Of a stretch of 64,000 bases of DNA, positions 1 through 9,724 are shown in pieces. The number at the start of each line of letters is the position of its first letter. The first letter of the stretch is position 1. The notes beneath the pieces were generated by a model, which did no database searches, was not told the origin of the DNA, and saw only the letters and a list, made by a program, of their open reading frames with translations. The translations under genes and the position numbers were made by a program. The DNA is from Minisyncoccota bacterium (lineage in GTDB: Bacteria; Patescibacteriota; Microgenomatia; UBA1400; UBA12028): positions 787 through 64,786 of the forward strand of contig JACRHV010000011.1 in assembly GCA_016211945.1 (NCBI GenBank), read 5' to 3'.

Positions 1-320
1 GCATGACAGATATTGCGCGGTATTACCCGACATACGTAGCAAATTTACTCTTTCGAGTGCTTGGCATGCCTATCATGGATAACACAAGTGGATTCTACGC
101 TATTCGAAAGTCAAACCTCACAACTTTGGGATTGGATGCGATCTATTACGGATATGGCGATTACCATTTTCGTCTCATAAAATATGCACAACGTGCGGGG
201 CTGAGGATAAGAGAGGTGCCGACATATTACGGCAAACGTCTTGGTGGCCAAAGCAAATCGAGATTGCTTACCATGGCGTGGACGTACCTTCAAGAGGTGT
301 GGCGATTGAGAAGTGTATAA
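1..320 (+). CDS. Glycosyltransferase family 2 (polyprenol-phosphate mannose synthase-like), C-terminal part, truncated by the window edge
   Basis: DNTSGFYAIR, IREVPT and RLGGQSK match the C-terminus of DPM1-like GT2 enzymes. Confidence 0.75.
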   Translation, partial: MTDIARYYPTYVANLLFRVLGMPIMDNTSGFYAIRKSNLTTLGLDAIYYGYGDYHFRLIKYAQRAGLRIREVPTYYGKRLGGQSKSRLLTMAWTYLQEVWRLRSV

Positions 321-1273
321 ATGCGTTTTTTTACTGCTTCTGTGACGCGAACCACACATACTCCGCCGCCAAGAAACGGATATCCATAGATCACTACTGC
401 TCCTAACGGAGCGCAAAGCATTGCGGGTAATGTGAGGAGATCCTCCTCACCCTCGATATCAAACACCGTACACTGTCGGCAAGAAAAAAGCGTTGAACAC
501 TGGGCAATGACATGGCTGGCGGCTTGCGGTGAAAGAGTCCCTGCTGGATTGAGTATGTGAGTTTTTTCATGGGCATATCCCGATGAAAATGTATGAGCTA
601 TTTGCCTGTTTCTTTCTTTGTTATCGCAGTACGCCACAGCACAGTCAATACCGTTATCCATACACGTTTGCGTCACACCGTCACCTACGGCAATAATTCG
701 ATGCTCCCTTAAAAGAATTTCTTTTGGAAAAGTTGTATATAACCTTCCCCAAGGTTTTTGCAATATTGTCCGCGCTAATTTTTGAATATATAGGGGGTGA
801 GTGAAAAGCGACCGGTATACATGCCCGTCCCGATCAATCATCCCGGCGCGTATATGTGTGGACGAAACATGTTCACCTTCTTCGTCGCGTACCATAGGAC
901 AAACGAGAACTTCAAGTGGGGCAAGACCACGCTTCACACGTTCGGTATTTACTTTGTGCGCTCCAGACTCAGTCATCGGCGTTGCAATGATTGTACGAAG
1001 CGATGTATCGAGCAACGTTGTTCCAAACATGTCGTGAATTTTGTGATACTCGACATGTATAGAAGGAAGTTCTGTACGGAAAAATGCGGAAAGTGCCCAA
1101 GTTCGTTCTGCATACCCCTGAATCGAGAATGCGTACTGTTTGTCCTGGACAAGATTTCGATCTGTGATTCCGATGACAAGCGACGATGCATGTCGAGCGC
1201 CAAACGAGAGAAGAGCTTTGTGCCCTATGTGAAGATGGTCAAATGTTCCCCCAAGAACGGCCCGGGTGTTCAT
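290..1273 (-). CDS. Archaeal-type phosphopantetheine adenylyltransferase fused to DUF359 (GTP-dependent dephospho-CoA kinase)
   Basis: N-terminal GGTFDHLHIGH and VSSTHIR; C-terminal AVGD, NPAG and EGEEDLLTLPA...VIYG; start taken at the ATG 6 nt after TACAAT. Confidence 0.85.
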   Translation of the reverse strand: MNTRAVLGGTFDHLHIGHKALLSFGARHASSLVIGITDRNLVQDKQYAFSIQGYAERTWALSAFFRTELPSIHVEYHKIHDMFGTTLLDTSLRTIIATPMTESGAHKVNTERVKRGLAPLEVLVCPMVRDEEGEHVSSTHIRAGMIDRDGHVYRSLFTHPLYIQKLARTILQKPWGRLYTTFPKEILLREHRIIAVGDGVTQTCMDNGIDCAVAYCDNKERNRQIAHTFSSGYAHEKTHILNPAGTLSPQAASHVIAQCSTLFSCRQCTVFDIEGEEDLLTLPAMLCAPLGAVVIYGYPFLGGGVCVVRVTEAVKKRIYTLLNRHTS

Positions 1274-1398
1274 GGTGGTATTGTATCGCATACTGATGCG
1301 TATAATCACCACAAAACCTGGACTTCTAACGCTTTTATGGAATCATCGCGCTTATCTTCCCCTTGAAACTTCGTGTTACCTTCGGTCAATATAGAGAC

Positions 1399-1647
1399 AT
1401 GTACCAAACAATAGGCGAAACTGTGGATGTTGCTGGAGTATTTTCCCACTCCAGATACACACCAAAAAAATTTATGTGGAAAAAGCGTGTACATATCGTT
1501 GAAACCATTACCTATGTCGCAGACATAAAAAATGGACAGATTCCATTACGTTTGTACAGCGTTGTTTCTCGTGGAAATGTGTATCGTTTAGAGTGGAATA
1601 AAAATAACGATCAATGGCACCTTTTGGAGGTATGGTATGAAGGATGA
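1399..1647 (+). CDS. Small beta-rich protein overlapping the start of the Y-family polymerase gene
   Basis: 82-aa ORF (F.W..R...V, VYRLEW...QWHL) whose end overlaps the dinB-like start. Confidence 0.65.
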   Translation: MYQTIGETVDVAGVFSHSRYTPKKFMWKKRVHIVETITYVADIKNGQIPLRLYSVVSRGNVYRLEWNKNNDQWHLLEVWYEG

Positions 1648-2875
1648 ATGCCCAAAAACAATGTGGGTGCACGTCGATATCAACAGTTATTTTGCAACAA
1701 TCATCCAACAGGAAAATCCTCTCCTTCGTGGTAAACCCGTCGGCATCATAAAATCAAAAGGAAGAACCTGTATCATCGCAGCCTCAAAAGAGGCAAAAAC
1801 ATTTGGGGTAACAACGGGGTGTTCGTTGAAAGAGGCACGAATACGATGTCCACACCTCATCACCGTTCCCGCGGCATTCCCTTTATATCTCTCGGCAACA
1901 CAACGATTAAAGCGTTTGTGCACATCCCTGGTTCCGCACGCAGAAATGTTTTCACTTGATGAGGCATTTCTTTCACTTACGGAATGCGCACACCTCTATC
2001 CCGATCCTCATACGTTTGGATCACTCATTCAACAACGTATTCGAGAGGAACTTGGTGAATGGGTAACATGTAATGTTGGTATTGCAGAATCTAAGCTCCT
2101 CGCAAAAATGGCAAGCGAAACGGGTAAAAAGGGATCCATTACCTGTGTAACAGGTGACTCTCTCCTTGCTCTTCTTGCAACAACATCCTTCAAAGATGTC
2201 TGTGGAGTTGGATGGGGACTTTCTGCTCGATTGCAAACACTTGGAGTCACCTCACTGTTGCAGATATCGTTCATCCCTGATGAACAACTTATACCGTGTG
2301 TGGGTCCATTTTGGGCAAAGGAACTTCGCGCAATGAGTATGGGAAAAGATCCCGATTTTTTGACGCGTAAACGTTCTGCATCAATGAAGTCTGTGGGAAG
2401 AACTATAACAGGAAGAGCGTTGTGTAGAGACCCACGCATCATCAAACAAACGTTATACAACTTGACCGCTGAGGTTATAGCAAAAGTACGTGAAATGCGA
2501 TTGGCCGGCAGACAAATTGGAGTGTTTTTAGAAGGAGATGGAAAACGATGGGGAGCACATGTCACCACGCAAACTCCGGTAAAACATACGCTGGAGATGT
2601 TTTTATTTCTGTATGATAAAGTTCAAAACGAATGGATTGATCAATTTCCGGTGATTCGATTCGGCGTTTCACTCTCTTTACTTACTTCGCAAGCACATAA
2701 TCAAGAACAGATCCTTCCGGAATGGCAGAAACAGGAACGGGTGGAGATGGCGGTTGGCATGATTAACAAAAAACATGGATTGTTTGCTGTACGATCAGCC
2801 TTGCTTCTTGGGCATTCGCTCATTTTTCCTGAAGTAAATGGGTATTTGGGGGACAGGCAGTACTATGGGTTGTAG
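1637..2875 (+). CDS. dinB: Y-family DNA polymerase (Pol IV/DinB-like)
   Basis: HVDINSYFA, IIAASKEAK.FGV.TG, FSLDEAF, SKLLAKMAS, GVG and KSVG motifs. Confidence 0.9.
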   Translation: MKDECPKTMWVHVDINSYFATIIQQENPLLRGKPVGIIKSKGRTCIIAASKEAKTFGVTTGCSLKEARIRCPHLITVPAAFPLYLSATQRLKRLCTSLVPHAEMFSLDEAFLSLTECAHLYPDPHTFGSLIQQRIREELGEWVTCNVGIAESKLLAKMASETGKKGSITCVTGDSLLALLATTSFKDVCGVGWGLSARLQTLGVTSLLQISFIPDEQLIPCVGPFWAKELRAMSMGKDPDFLTRKRSASMKSVGRTITGRALCRDPRIIKQTLYNLTAEVIAKVREMRLAGRQIGVFLEGDGKRWGAHVTTQTPVKHTLEMFLFLYDKVQNEWIDQFPVIRFGVSLSLLTSQAHNQEQILPEWQKQERVEMAVGMINKKHGLFAVRSALLLGHSLIFPEVNGYLGDRQYYGL

Positions 2876-2948
2876 ATTTATCTATTCACTACTGTGACAT
2901 GAATTAAAATGTTTTCCAGATCCAGTTCTTTCGTATGTTTTTATTCTT

Positions 2949-3086
2949 TCAAAGCTCATCGTTCTTTTTTGGTTTACCATATACAGCAACGTAAATACAT
3001 CGACCATCTGCATATACACTTCCGCGATGTGCATATCGCGCACGAATTTTTTCTACTGTATCGGTTTCTATCTCCATGACTGTCAT
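2949..3086 (-). CDS. Possible 45-aa small protein (MTVMEIETDTVEKIRARY...)
   Basis: TACAAT and GGGAG just upstream of the ATG; fills an otherwise empty gap; not in the supplied ORF track. Confidence 0.35.
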   Translation of the reverse strand: MTVMEIETDTVEKIRARYAHRGSVYADGRCIYVAVYGKPKKNDEL

Positions 3087-3225
3087 ATTCTCCCGGATTG
3101 TACCAGATTACATCTGTGGAATATACCTATTGTGTGGATGAGGATTTTTCTTATAATCTTCTTATTAGGATGTAGATCATTCAAAATAGCGCATACGCAT
3201 GAGAAATGATACATTAGATTGATAC

Positions 3226-4725
3226 ATGAAGAAACTTTCACTCCCTCCTTTTTCTTCTTTTCGCGACGTGGGTCGATGGGAAACATACATTCATCAAAAA
3301 TTGGCACCGTTTGAGCAAGATTTATCAAAATATCTCAAATTTTGGTACATCGAAAGCAGAGAGAACTCAAACGCATATCCAAGTCAAGGTATGTTGACAA
3401 CACCATTTGATTTTTTGCCGTTCACACAAAAGGTCATGATTGAGCCAGAGGAGATGGTTCATATTCTTCGCGTGCGACAGTATTTCCTCGAATTATTCAA
3501 TCACCCCGACCGCATCGCCGAACTCAAGCGCATACAGAAAACAAAATTTTCTCCCGTTCCCAAAGTGCAAAGCATCGCCATGGAAAAAACGACAAACCGT
3601 GGTCTTGCGGTATCTGTTTCAGACTTGGGGATTTCTGTTGTGGGATCAAACAGATCGCGCGTTTCCCGTACTGAACGATTTAAAAATGGGCCATTCATTA
3701 AGTTGGGTAAGCGGGCTCGTTCATTACTTGTAGGATCTGCTATGCCGGATATCTACGGAAGCGTCTCCGCAATCGCAACTATGGCCCAGTGTCTTTGTCT
3801 CGTCGGCGTTCCAAGAAACGGCCCATTTCATGTCATCCAGCGACAAGTCGATTTAGTCCGAGAAGTATGGAAAGCGTTGAAAGAGAGTGAGGTTTTGCTG
3901 GACCGTTCAAAGGAAGATCGTGCATTTCTTCTTGACCAATGGAGACATAACGTCATGGGCGTACTGGAAACAGAGATCGAGATAGCACTGCAGCGTGCAC
4001 AGGCACTCTACGATATTGGCGTCCGCGTATTTCGCGTGTACTCACCAGAGCCGGGCTTGAGCGTCCTGCACACTGTTCAGGCCTTGCGCAAGATTTTTGG
4101 ATCAAAAATCGAGATCTTTGCTGGACAAGTAGTTGATGTTGACCAAGCAAAACAGCTGGAGGAGGCTGGAGCAGACGGTTTATACATTGGCATTGGCGGT
4201 GGGGGACGGTGCATCACTGGTGTAAGGAGTGGATCTGTTATTGATTGGCCGCAACTTTTGTGGAATCTCCGCGGAGAGATTGGCATTCCCGTTATTGTTG
4301 AAGGGGGTGCAAGTGATCACATTGCGGTGACCTTGGCGCTTGGTGCGAGCGGTATTGGAGTTTCGCGTATCATTGGCGGTGGCACCATCGAGTCACCTGG
4401 CGGCATGCTGTACTGCGTCAACAAAGATGGGAAGTTGTTTAAGCCCTATGGAGGTGAGGCATCGGCTCGTACAAAGTTCTTGGACAAAAAAATGTTGCCA
4501 TTTCAATTACCATCGTTTGTTGAGGGTGAAACGAGCGCAGCAAACATCACGTTTTTACCGTACGGCATGCCAACTATTCCATTCAACGTCTTCAACTTAA
4601 CTGAGGATTGTATTCTCTCGCTGGTGTTTCGCGCCGTGCAAACAGTCGAGGAGTTGCACGCACTGGATCCATCGCCGATTCGACAAAAAACAGAAGTTGG
4701 AGAGGCGCTTCAAAAAACGCATTAA
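3226..4725 (+). CDS. Divergent IMPDH/GMP reductase family protein with a long N-terminal extension
   Basis: AGQV, AGADGLYIGIGGGGRCIT (catalytic Cys loop), PVIVEGG, ALGAS, IESPG, YGGEAS, VEG. Confidence 0.8.
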   Translation: MKKLSLPPFSSFRDVGRWETYIHQKLAPFEQDLSKYLKFWYIESRENSNAYPSQGMLTTPFDFLPFTQKVMIEPEEMVHILRVRQYFLELFNHPDRIAELKRIQKTKFSPVPKVQSIAMEKTTNRGLAVSVSDLGISVVGSNRSRVSRTERFKNGPFIKLGKRARSLLVGSAMPDIYGSVSAIATMAQCLCLVGVPRNGPFHVIQRQVDLVREVWKALKESEVLLDRSKEDRAFLLDQWRHNVMGVLETEIEIALQRAQALYDIGVRVFRVYSPEPGLSVLHTVQALRKIFGSKIEIFAGQVVDVDQAKQLEEAGADGLYIGIGGGGRCITGVRSGSVIDWPQLLWNLRGEIGIPVIVEGGASDHIAVTLALGASGIGVSRIIGGGTIESPGGMLYCVNKDGKLFKPYGGEASARTKFLDKKMLPFQLPSFVEGETSAANITFLPYGMPTIPFNVFNLTEDCILSLVFRAVQTVEELHALDPSPIRQKTEVGEALQKTH

Positions 4726-4728
4726 AGT

Positions 4729-6261
4729 TTAGCGTTGAGCGAGTGTGTGGTTGATTTCGCCGATGAGCTGCGGACCTTTGTATATCATTCCCGTGATAAG
4801 TTGTACCAGATCTGCTCCCAATACCAGTTTTTTTTGTGCATCGTTGCCGGAAAAAATGCCACCAGTCCCAATGATCGTAAACCGTTTTCCATAGTGTTTC
4901 TTTGTATACGCAATGAGTGTATTTGACCGATTCCATGTTGGTTTTCCGCTCAAGTTCCCGCGACTTTTTTTCCAAAGAACGGTATCCATTGGATGCACAT
5001 CAGGATTTTTTTTATCTTTCGTTAAGTTTCCAAAAATGATGCCTTTGATAAAAGAGAATCCTGAAGCGGTTTTGAGTAAAGCTCCACTCTCTTTCTGTGA
5101 AAGATCAATCGGCATCTTTATGTACACCGGCTTCTTTATCCTCAACGGCTTGAGTGCGACCAATAGTTTTTTTAGTCTGACTGCAGTAGTAAATGGCTGT
5201 CCTCCCACCGTATTTGGGCAGCTAATGTTGAGTTCGTAGTACGCATTTTTTATTGTTGACGCAAGAAACAGTTTAAAGCATGAGACAATATCGGCGATTT
5301 GATCATCTAATGAGGCATAGGTTGCATTTGTACTGCCAATACTTATTCCTGTTGGAATAGTAAAGGTTGTGTGCTCTAACTTCTGAATGATCGCTTGTGC
5401 ACCCACACTCTTAAACCCCTTGTTGACAAGTAGTGCGTTGGATCGCGGAAAACGCCCCAATCTTGGTTTTGCATTTCCTGCATATGGGCGAAATGTCACG
5501 GTGCCAATGGTGTGCCACCCAAATCCAACGGAAGGGAGAATGCCACACAACTCCGCGTTGTAATCAAAGCCTGCGGCGAGTCCCACGGGGTTGGGAAAAC
5601 GTATGCCGTCGATGGTTTTTATCAATGTTTTATTTGCGTATGCGAACATCCATGATACGAGCCTCCGCGTTACCCCCCAACTTCCAAGTGTTTTTCCGAT
5701 TGTTGTCATCGAAACATGCACAAATTCCGCATCAAAGAGAAAAAATAGTGGTTTGAATATATATTGGTATAAAAGCGCGGACACAACAGACCTTGGCGAC
5801 GAACAAAGATCGGAGCATGTGCCTCGTTTCAGGTACCATTGCATGACATTGAGAATAAATAAGACAAGGCAGGCGACCGCGGATCCTAAACAGTAGAGGC
5901 ACCATGCCTGTAGTATGACACCCATAAGAAACACCAGATACCCTGAAAACAAAGCACCAAAAATTGAGAGTCCAAGTTGGATATCATGTGTGTGTAGTTT
6001 TCTATTGAGTATTGTGATGTGATCAATCTCTAAAATATGAAGCGCGGCAAATATAAAGGTGATGAAATAGAAAACTAAACCAAAAAAAGAAAGCGGAACA
6101 CCAAAAAGACTCGACCATGAACTCGTAAGCACCGATCCGCAATCAAACCCGGAAATACATGGGGGCAAGGTTCGCGAAAGTTTCTCATATGTGAGATACG
6201 CGGCATCCATCATACCGAGTATTGATACACTCAAAATACCGAGTCGCAGAAAAAGTTTCAT
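4729..6261 (-). CDS. pyrD: VKOR-family membrane domain fused to a quinone-type dihydroorotate dehydrogenase
   Basis: N-terminal C.....C..VL.S.WS and WCLYC with TM helices; C-terminal NPVGLAAGFD, GTVT, KPRL.R, LNISCPN, LSGKP, IIGTGGI, GADLVQL. Confidence 0.9.
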   Translation of the reverse strand: MKLFLRLGILSVSILGMMDAAYLTYEKLSRTLPPCISGFDCGSVLTSSWSSLFGVPLSFFGLVFYFITFIFAALHILEIDHITILNRKLHTHDIQLGLSIFGALFSGYLVFLMGVILQAWCLYCLGSAVACLVLFILNVMQWYLKRGTCSDLCSSPRSVVSALLYQYIFKPLFFLFDAEFVHVSMTTIGKTLGSWGVTRRLVSWMFAYANKTLIKTIDGIRFPNPVGLAAGFDYNAELCGILPSVGFGWHTIGTVTFRPYAGNAKPRLGRFPRSNALLVNKGFKSVGAQAIIQKLEHTTFTIPTGISIGSTNATYASLDDQIADIVSCFKLFLASTIKNAYYELNISCPNTVGGQPFTTAVRLKKLLVALKPLRIKKPVYIKMPIDLSQKESGALLKTASGFSFIKGIIFGNLTKDKKNPDVHPMDTVLWKKSRGNLSGKPTWNRSNTLIAYTKKHYGKRFTIIGTGGIFSGNDAQKKLVLGADLVQLITGMIYKGPQLIGEINHTLAQR

Positions 6262-6391
6262 GCAGTAATTATAGTACTATTTCGTGACAAGAGAATGGCG
6301 TTTTTTCTTGCCAGTACCAGTAAAAGTTGAATCATCACTCCTTTTTTTTAACTCTTGACTATTTTCTTCAAGAGTGACCATAGTAGATTGT

Positions 6392-7048
6392 ATGAAAAAG
6401 AGAACAATGAAAAAGGCACAATCGGTCTCGTTTCGCACCGATCTTTTTCAATATATTCATGTATTTCTTTTTAGTGTCGTGTTGTTGGCTGTTTCATATT
6501 GGTACATTTCCTGGTTAAAAATACCAAATCCACTCAACAAATCATTTGCTGATACCTCGATTTATCTCATTGGTCTTTCCATGGTTCTCGCGAGTGTGTG
6601 CTATTTCTGGAATGTTTTTGACCGGTTTATCGTCTACAGAAAACACCTTGGCATTGTGGGTTTTGCGTTTGGCCTTATGCATGTATATCTTTCGTTTGGA
6701 GCACTTCAGAAGCTTTTTATTGTCCAGACTTGGCAAAAGGGTGCAATGTGGCCAGCACTCACTGGCGCAATGGCTCTGGTCATTTTTGTTGTCATGGCTT
6801 TTGTAACACCCTCTGTCGTTGCAGAAAAATTGGGTGGAAAAATCTGGAGAAGTATCTTGCAACTCGGTCATCTTGGAGTGGTGTTAATCTGGTTACATGT
6901 CTACTTTTTAAAGTTTGGGTACATCCTTAAATGGTATAACGAGGGAATGAAAACACTACCATCTTCGAGTCTCATTGTTCTGATGTTTATGACTGTTGTG
7001 ATTGGATTGAGGACGGCGTTGTGGATTGTGTTGAAGAAAAAATCGTAG
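6392..7048 (+). CDS. Ferric reductase-like transmembrane protein (MsrQ/YedZ-like)
   Basis: About six TM helices, YRKHLG......GLMH, LGGK.W and a second His-bearing helix. Confidence 0.7.
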   Translation: MKKRTMKKAQSVSFRTDLFQYIHVFLFSVVLLAVSYWYISWLKIPNPLNKSFADTSIYLIGLSMVLASVCYFWNVFDRFIVYRKHLGIVGFAFGLMHVYLSFGALQKLFIVQTWQKGAMWPALTGAMALVIFVVMAFVTPSVVAEKLGGKIWRSILQLGHLGVVLIWLHVYFLKFGYILKWYNEGMKTLPSSSLIVLMFMTVVIGLRTALWIVLKKKS

Positions 7049-7094
7049 AAGTAGACTTCATCTAATCGGCAACATAATTTGATATACTCACCCA

Positions 7095-7925
7095 ATGAAG
7101 ACAAACAATACAATTGTTCGTCAACAAATTGATGACTGCGTCACGTTGCTTCACAATACGCTAAGAGATGATCTTCTTGGTATTTACGTATATGGTTCAT
7201 TACTCATGGATGGCTTACAAAAATTCAGCGATATAGATTTGTTTGCTATTTCTCAAAGAGAGACAACAAAGGAAGAAAAAATACAATTAGAAAAAGCTCT
7301 ACTGAAAATATCGGGCATTTATACGATAAGCAAAGATTTAATGCCTATTGAACTTACGATCATCGTTAAATCTCATATTAATCCTTGGCATTATCCTCCA
7401 ACATTCGATTTTCTCTATGGCGATTGGATGCGAAAAGACTTTGAGGCTGGAATCATTGAACCTTGGCCCACGAAGGTAATGCCCAACCTAGCACTCGTTA
7501 TCACTCAACTTCTGCTTTCCAATAAAATATTATTCGGTCCAGATCCAAAAACACTCCTCGCTCCTATTCCGTATAAGGATTTTATACTTGCAACCACAGA
7601 GGAAATTGATAGTCTTTTGGCTGATCTTGGCTGGGACACAAGAAATGTTTTATTAACTTTTGCCAGAATCTGGAGCACAATTGAAACTGATACGATACGC
7701 TCTAAAGCAAATGCTGTAAGTTGGGCCATTGATAAACTACCAGATGAGCTTAAACCTCCTTTACTGAGAGCAAAATCAATCATGCTTGGTGAACAAGATG
7801 AACACTGGGATGATGTAAAAGAGTTAGTTATACCCTGCGCAAATTTTATGATTGAACAAATTAAGGAACATATGATGAAAATAAATTCAACCAATCTTTC
7901 GGGTAAATCAATCAAAATAGCCTAA
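7095..7925 (+). CDS. Aminoglycoside nucleotidyltransferase, AadA/ANT(9)-like, with DUF4111 C-terminus
   Basis: GIYVYGS...GL...SDID, PIELT, PWHYPP..DFLYGDWMR, DTRNVLLT.ARIW.T. Confidence 0.85.
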   Translation: MKTNNTIVRQQIDDCVTLLHNTLRDDLLGIYVYGSLLMDGLQKFSDIDLFAISQRETTKEEKIQLEKALLKISGIYTISKDLMPIELTIIVKSHINPWHYPPTFDFLYGDWMRKDFEAGIIEPWPTKVMPNLALVITQLLLSNKILFGPDPKTLLAPIPYKDFILATTEEIDSLLADLGWDTRNVLLTFARIWSTIETDTIRSKANAVSWAIDKLPDELKPPLLRAKSIMLGEQDEHWDDVKELVIPCANFMIEQIKEHMMKINSTNLSGKSIKIA

Positions 7926-7952
7926 GTTTTTTGACAATATTTTTTGGGTCAA

Positions 7953-7974
7953 TGGCTGGAGGAAGTTCGAACCT
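7953..7974 (+). repeat. Degenerate att-like junction repeat, copy 1 (TGGCTGGAGGAAGTTCGAACCT)
   Basis: Resembles copies at 9650 and 10192 and the antisense of the tRNA-His 3' end. Confidence 0.6.
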
Positions 7975-8031
7975 ACCTACTCGGTTGATAATAACTCATG
8001 TTTTGTTTATGATCAATTTAGACAAAACATT

Positions 8032-9588
8032 ATGATCAATCATTTTGTCCTGAAGAACTATTATTATCTTGTTGGTTTATGCATTACTCTTCTCTCCTTG
8101 TTTCTTCGGATATATCTACTCGGTACTGTTCCAGCTGGTCTCTCTGTCGATGAGGCTTCAACTGGATACAATGCATTTGCTATTGCGACCCAACACCGAG
8201 ATGAATGGCTTATTAAGATGCCAATTTCATTCAAATCCTTTGGTGAATATAAGCCTGCCGTATCAATATACATCATTGCATTACTTACTAAAATTTTTGG
8301 TCCTAGTGAGTTTATCATTAGATTCCCTGCGGCAATGGCTGGGGTATTGACAACAGTAAGCACTTTCTTCCTTGCTTATAAAATTTTTACCCGTAAACCA
8401 ATGTATGCCTTGGCAGTTATGGCCTTAGTTGCAGTCTCTCCGTTAAGTATTCATTTTTCGCGAATTGGATTTGAGTCGTCTATGGGCGTAGCAACCGTTT
8501 TGATTGGTGCTACTTTTTTTATATGGGCTAAAGATATGAATTATTTAAGAAAACTGCTTTTTTACGTGTTTGCGGGCATCAGTTGGGCTATATCATTCCA
8601 CGCCAACCAAACTACAAAAATTTTCTTACCAATTTTTATCCTAACCTTTTTGTGGAACGAAAAGGATTTTCTTCGCAAGAACCTAAAAGAAATCATTCTC
8701 TGTTTTCTCATTGTTGGGTTGGGAGTACTTTTATTTTTTTCTCAACTAAATAAAAATGGCGTCATCAAACGCCTCTCGATGACTTCTGCATTTGTCGATG
8801 TAAACGGGGTCAAGCCACCATTCGAAATAGCCCGGGTCACAATACACAACCTACTACAACACCTTAATCCTGATTTCTTGTTTTTTGGGCAAACAGACAA
8901 CTACAGACATGGAAATGGTATTTACGGCATTTTTTCATTTATTGAAGGTTTATTGTTTCTGATAGGAACATACTTCATTATCAAAAGCCCTTCCTTAAGA
9001 AAATCATATGGGTGGCTTGTCATTCTGTTTTTTGTTGCCTTAATTCCAGGAGTTATAAGCCAGCCTTCTCCGCATGCTAATCGCATACACCACCTAATTC
9101 CATGGGCACAGTTGATCGCTGGAGTTGGACTCATCCAGATCATCGAAAGGGTCAGAAACAATCAAAAAATAATCATTTGGAGACTGTTTGTAGGAGTGCT
9201 AGCACTACAATTGATGTGGCAAATAGCACAATATTATCAAGTATATAGTGTTATCGCCGCTCCTGACTTTCAATATGGATATAAAGAAGCCGTAGCTTAT
9301 GCTGTTCAGTATGAATCAAGTGTTGATGAAATCTTCATTACTGACTATTACACCCAACCATACATTTACACTCTGCTATATAAAAAGGTCTTACCGATTA
9401 GTTATCATCAAGGTGGGCTGATTAAATACCGTTTCCGTCCAACTGATTTTGACTTTCTTAGTTCCAAGAAAAACGTCCTTGTAATCGCCGCTCCCAGTGA
9501 AATTCCAAACACAACCAAGTTACTACCAACTCACGTAATAGAATATCCTGATGGCAAACCTGTTTTCTTCGTGTACCTCATTAAATGA
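8032..9588 (+). CDS. ArnT/PMT-family (GT-C fold) membrane glycosyltransferase
   Basis: LRIY.L...P.G...DEA..GYNA, GEYKP, FIIRFP and many TM helices. Confidence 0.85.
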   Translation: MINHFVLKNYYYLVGLCITLLSLFLRIYLLGTVPAGLSVDEASTGYNAFAIATQHRDEWLIKMPISFKSFGEYKPAVSIYIIALLTKIFGPSEFIIRFPAAMAGVLTTVSTFFLAYKIFTRKPMYALAVMALVAVSPLSIHFSRIGFESSMGVATVLIGATFFIWAKDMNYLRKLLFYVFAGISWAISFHANQTTKIFLPIFILTFLWNEKDFLRKNLKEIILCFLIVGLGVLLFFSQLNKNGVIKRLSMTSAFVDVNGVKPPFEIARVTIHNLLQHLNPDFLFFGQTDNYRHGNGIYGIFSFIEGLLFLIGTYFIIKSPSLRKSYGWLVILFFVALIPGVISQPSPHANRIHHLIPWAQLIAGVGLIQIIERVRNNQKIIIWRLFVGVLALQLMWQIAQYYQVYSVIAAPDFQYGYKEAVAYAVQYESSVDEIFITDYYTQPYIYTLLYKKVLPISYHQGGLIKYRFRPTDFDFLSSKKNVLVIAAPSEIPNTTKLLPTHVIEYPDGKPVFFVYLIK

Positions 9589-9649
9589 AAACTGGAAATA
9601 ATTTCTTACATTCAAAAACACACTGATCTGAATATTTTTCAAGAATGAC

Positions 9650-9671
9650 TGGGTGGAGGTAGTGAGGACTT
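9650..9671 (+). repeat. Degenerate att-like junction repeat, copy 2 (TGGGTGGAGGTAGTGAGGACTT)
   Basis: Aligns without gaps to copies 1 and 3. Confidence 0.45.
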
Positions 9672-9724
9672 TACACGAACTATTTATCACCAATATTTTA
9701 TGAAGCAATACAAAAAAATAACTA

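Noticed and set aside
7044..7075. Inverted motif reading C-R-L-D-E-V-Y-F on the minus strand at the array's far edge
   Set aside because: Only loosely similar to the junction peptide and in the opposite orientation; it could be chance.
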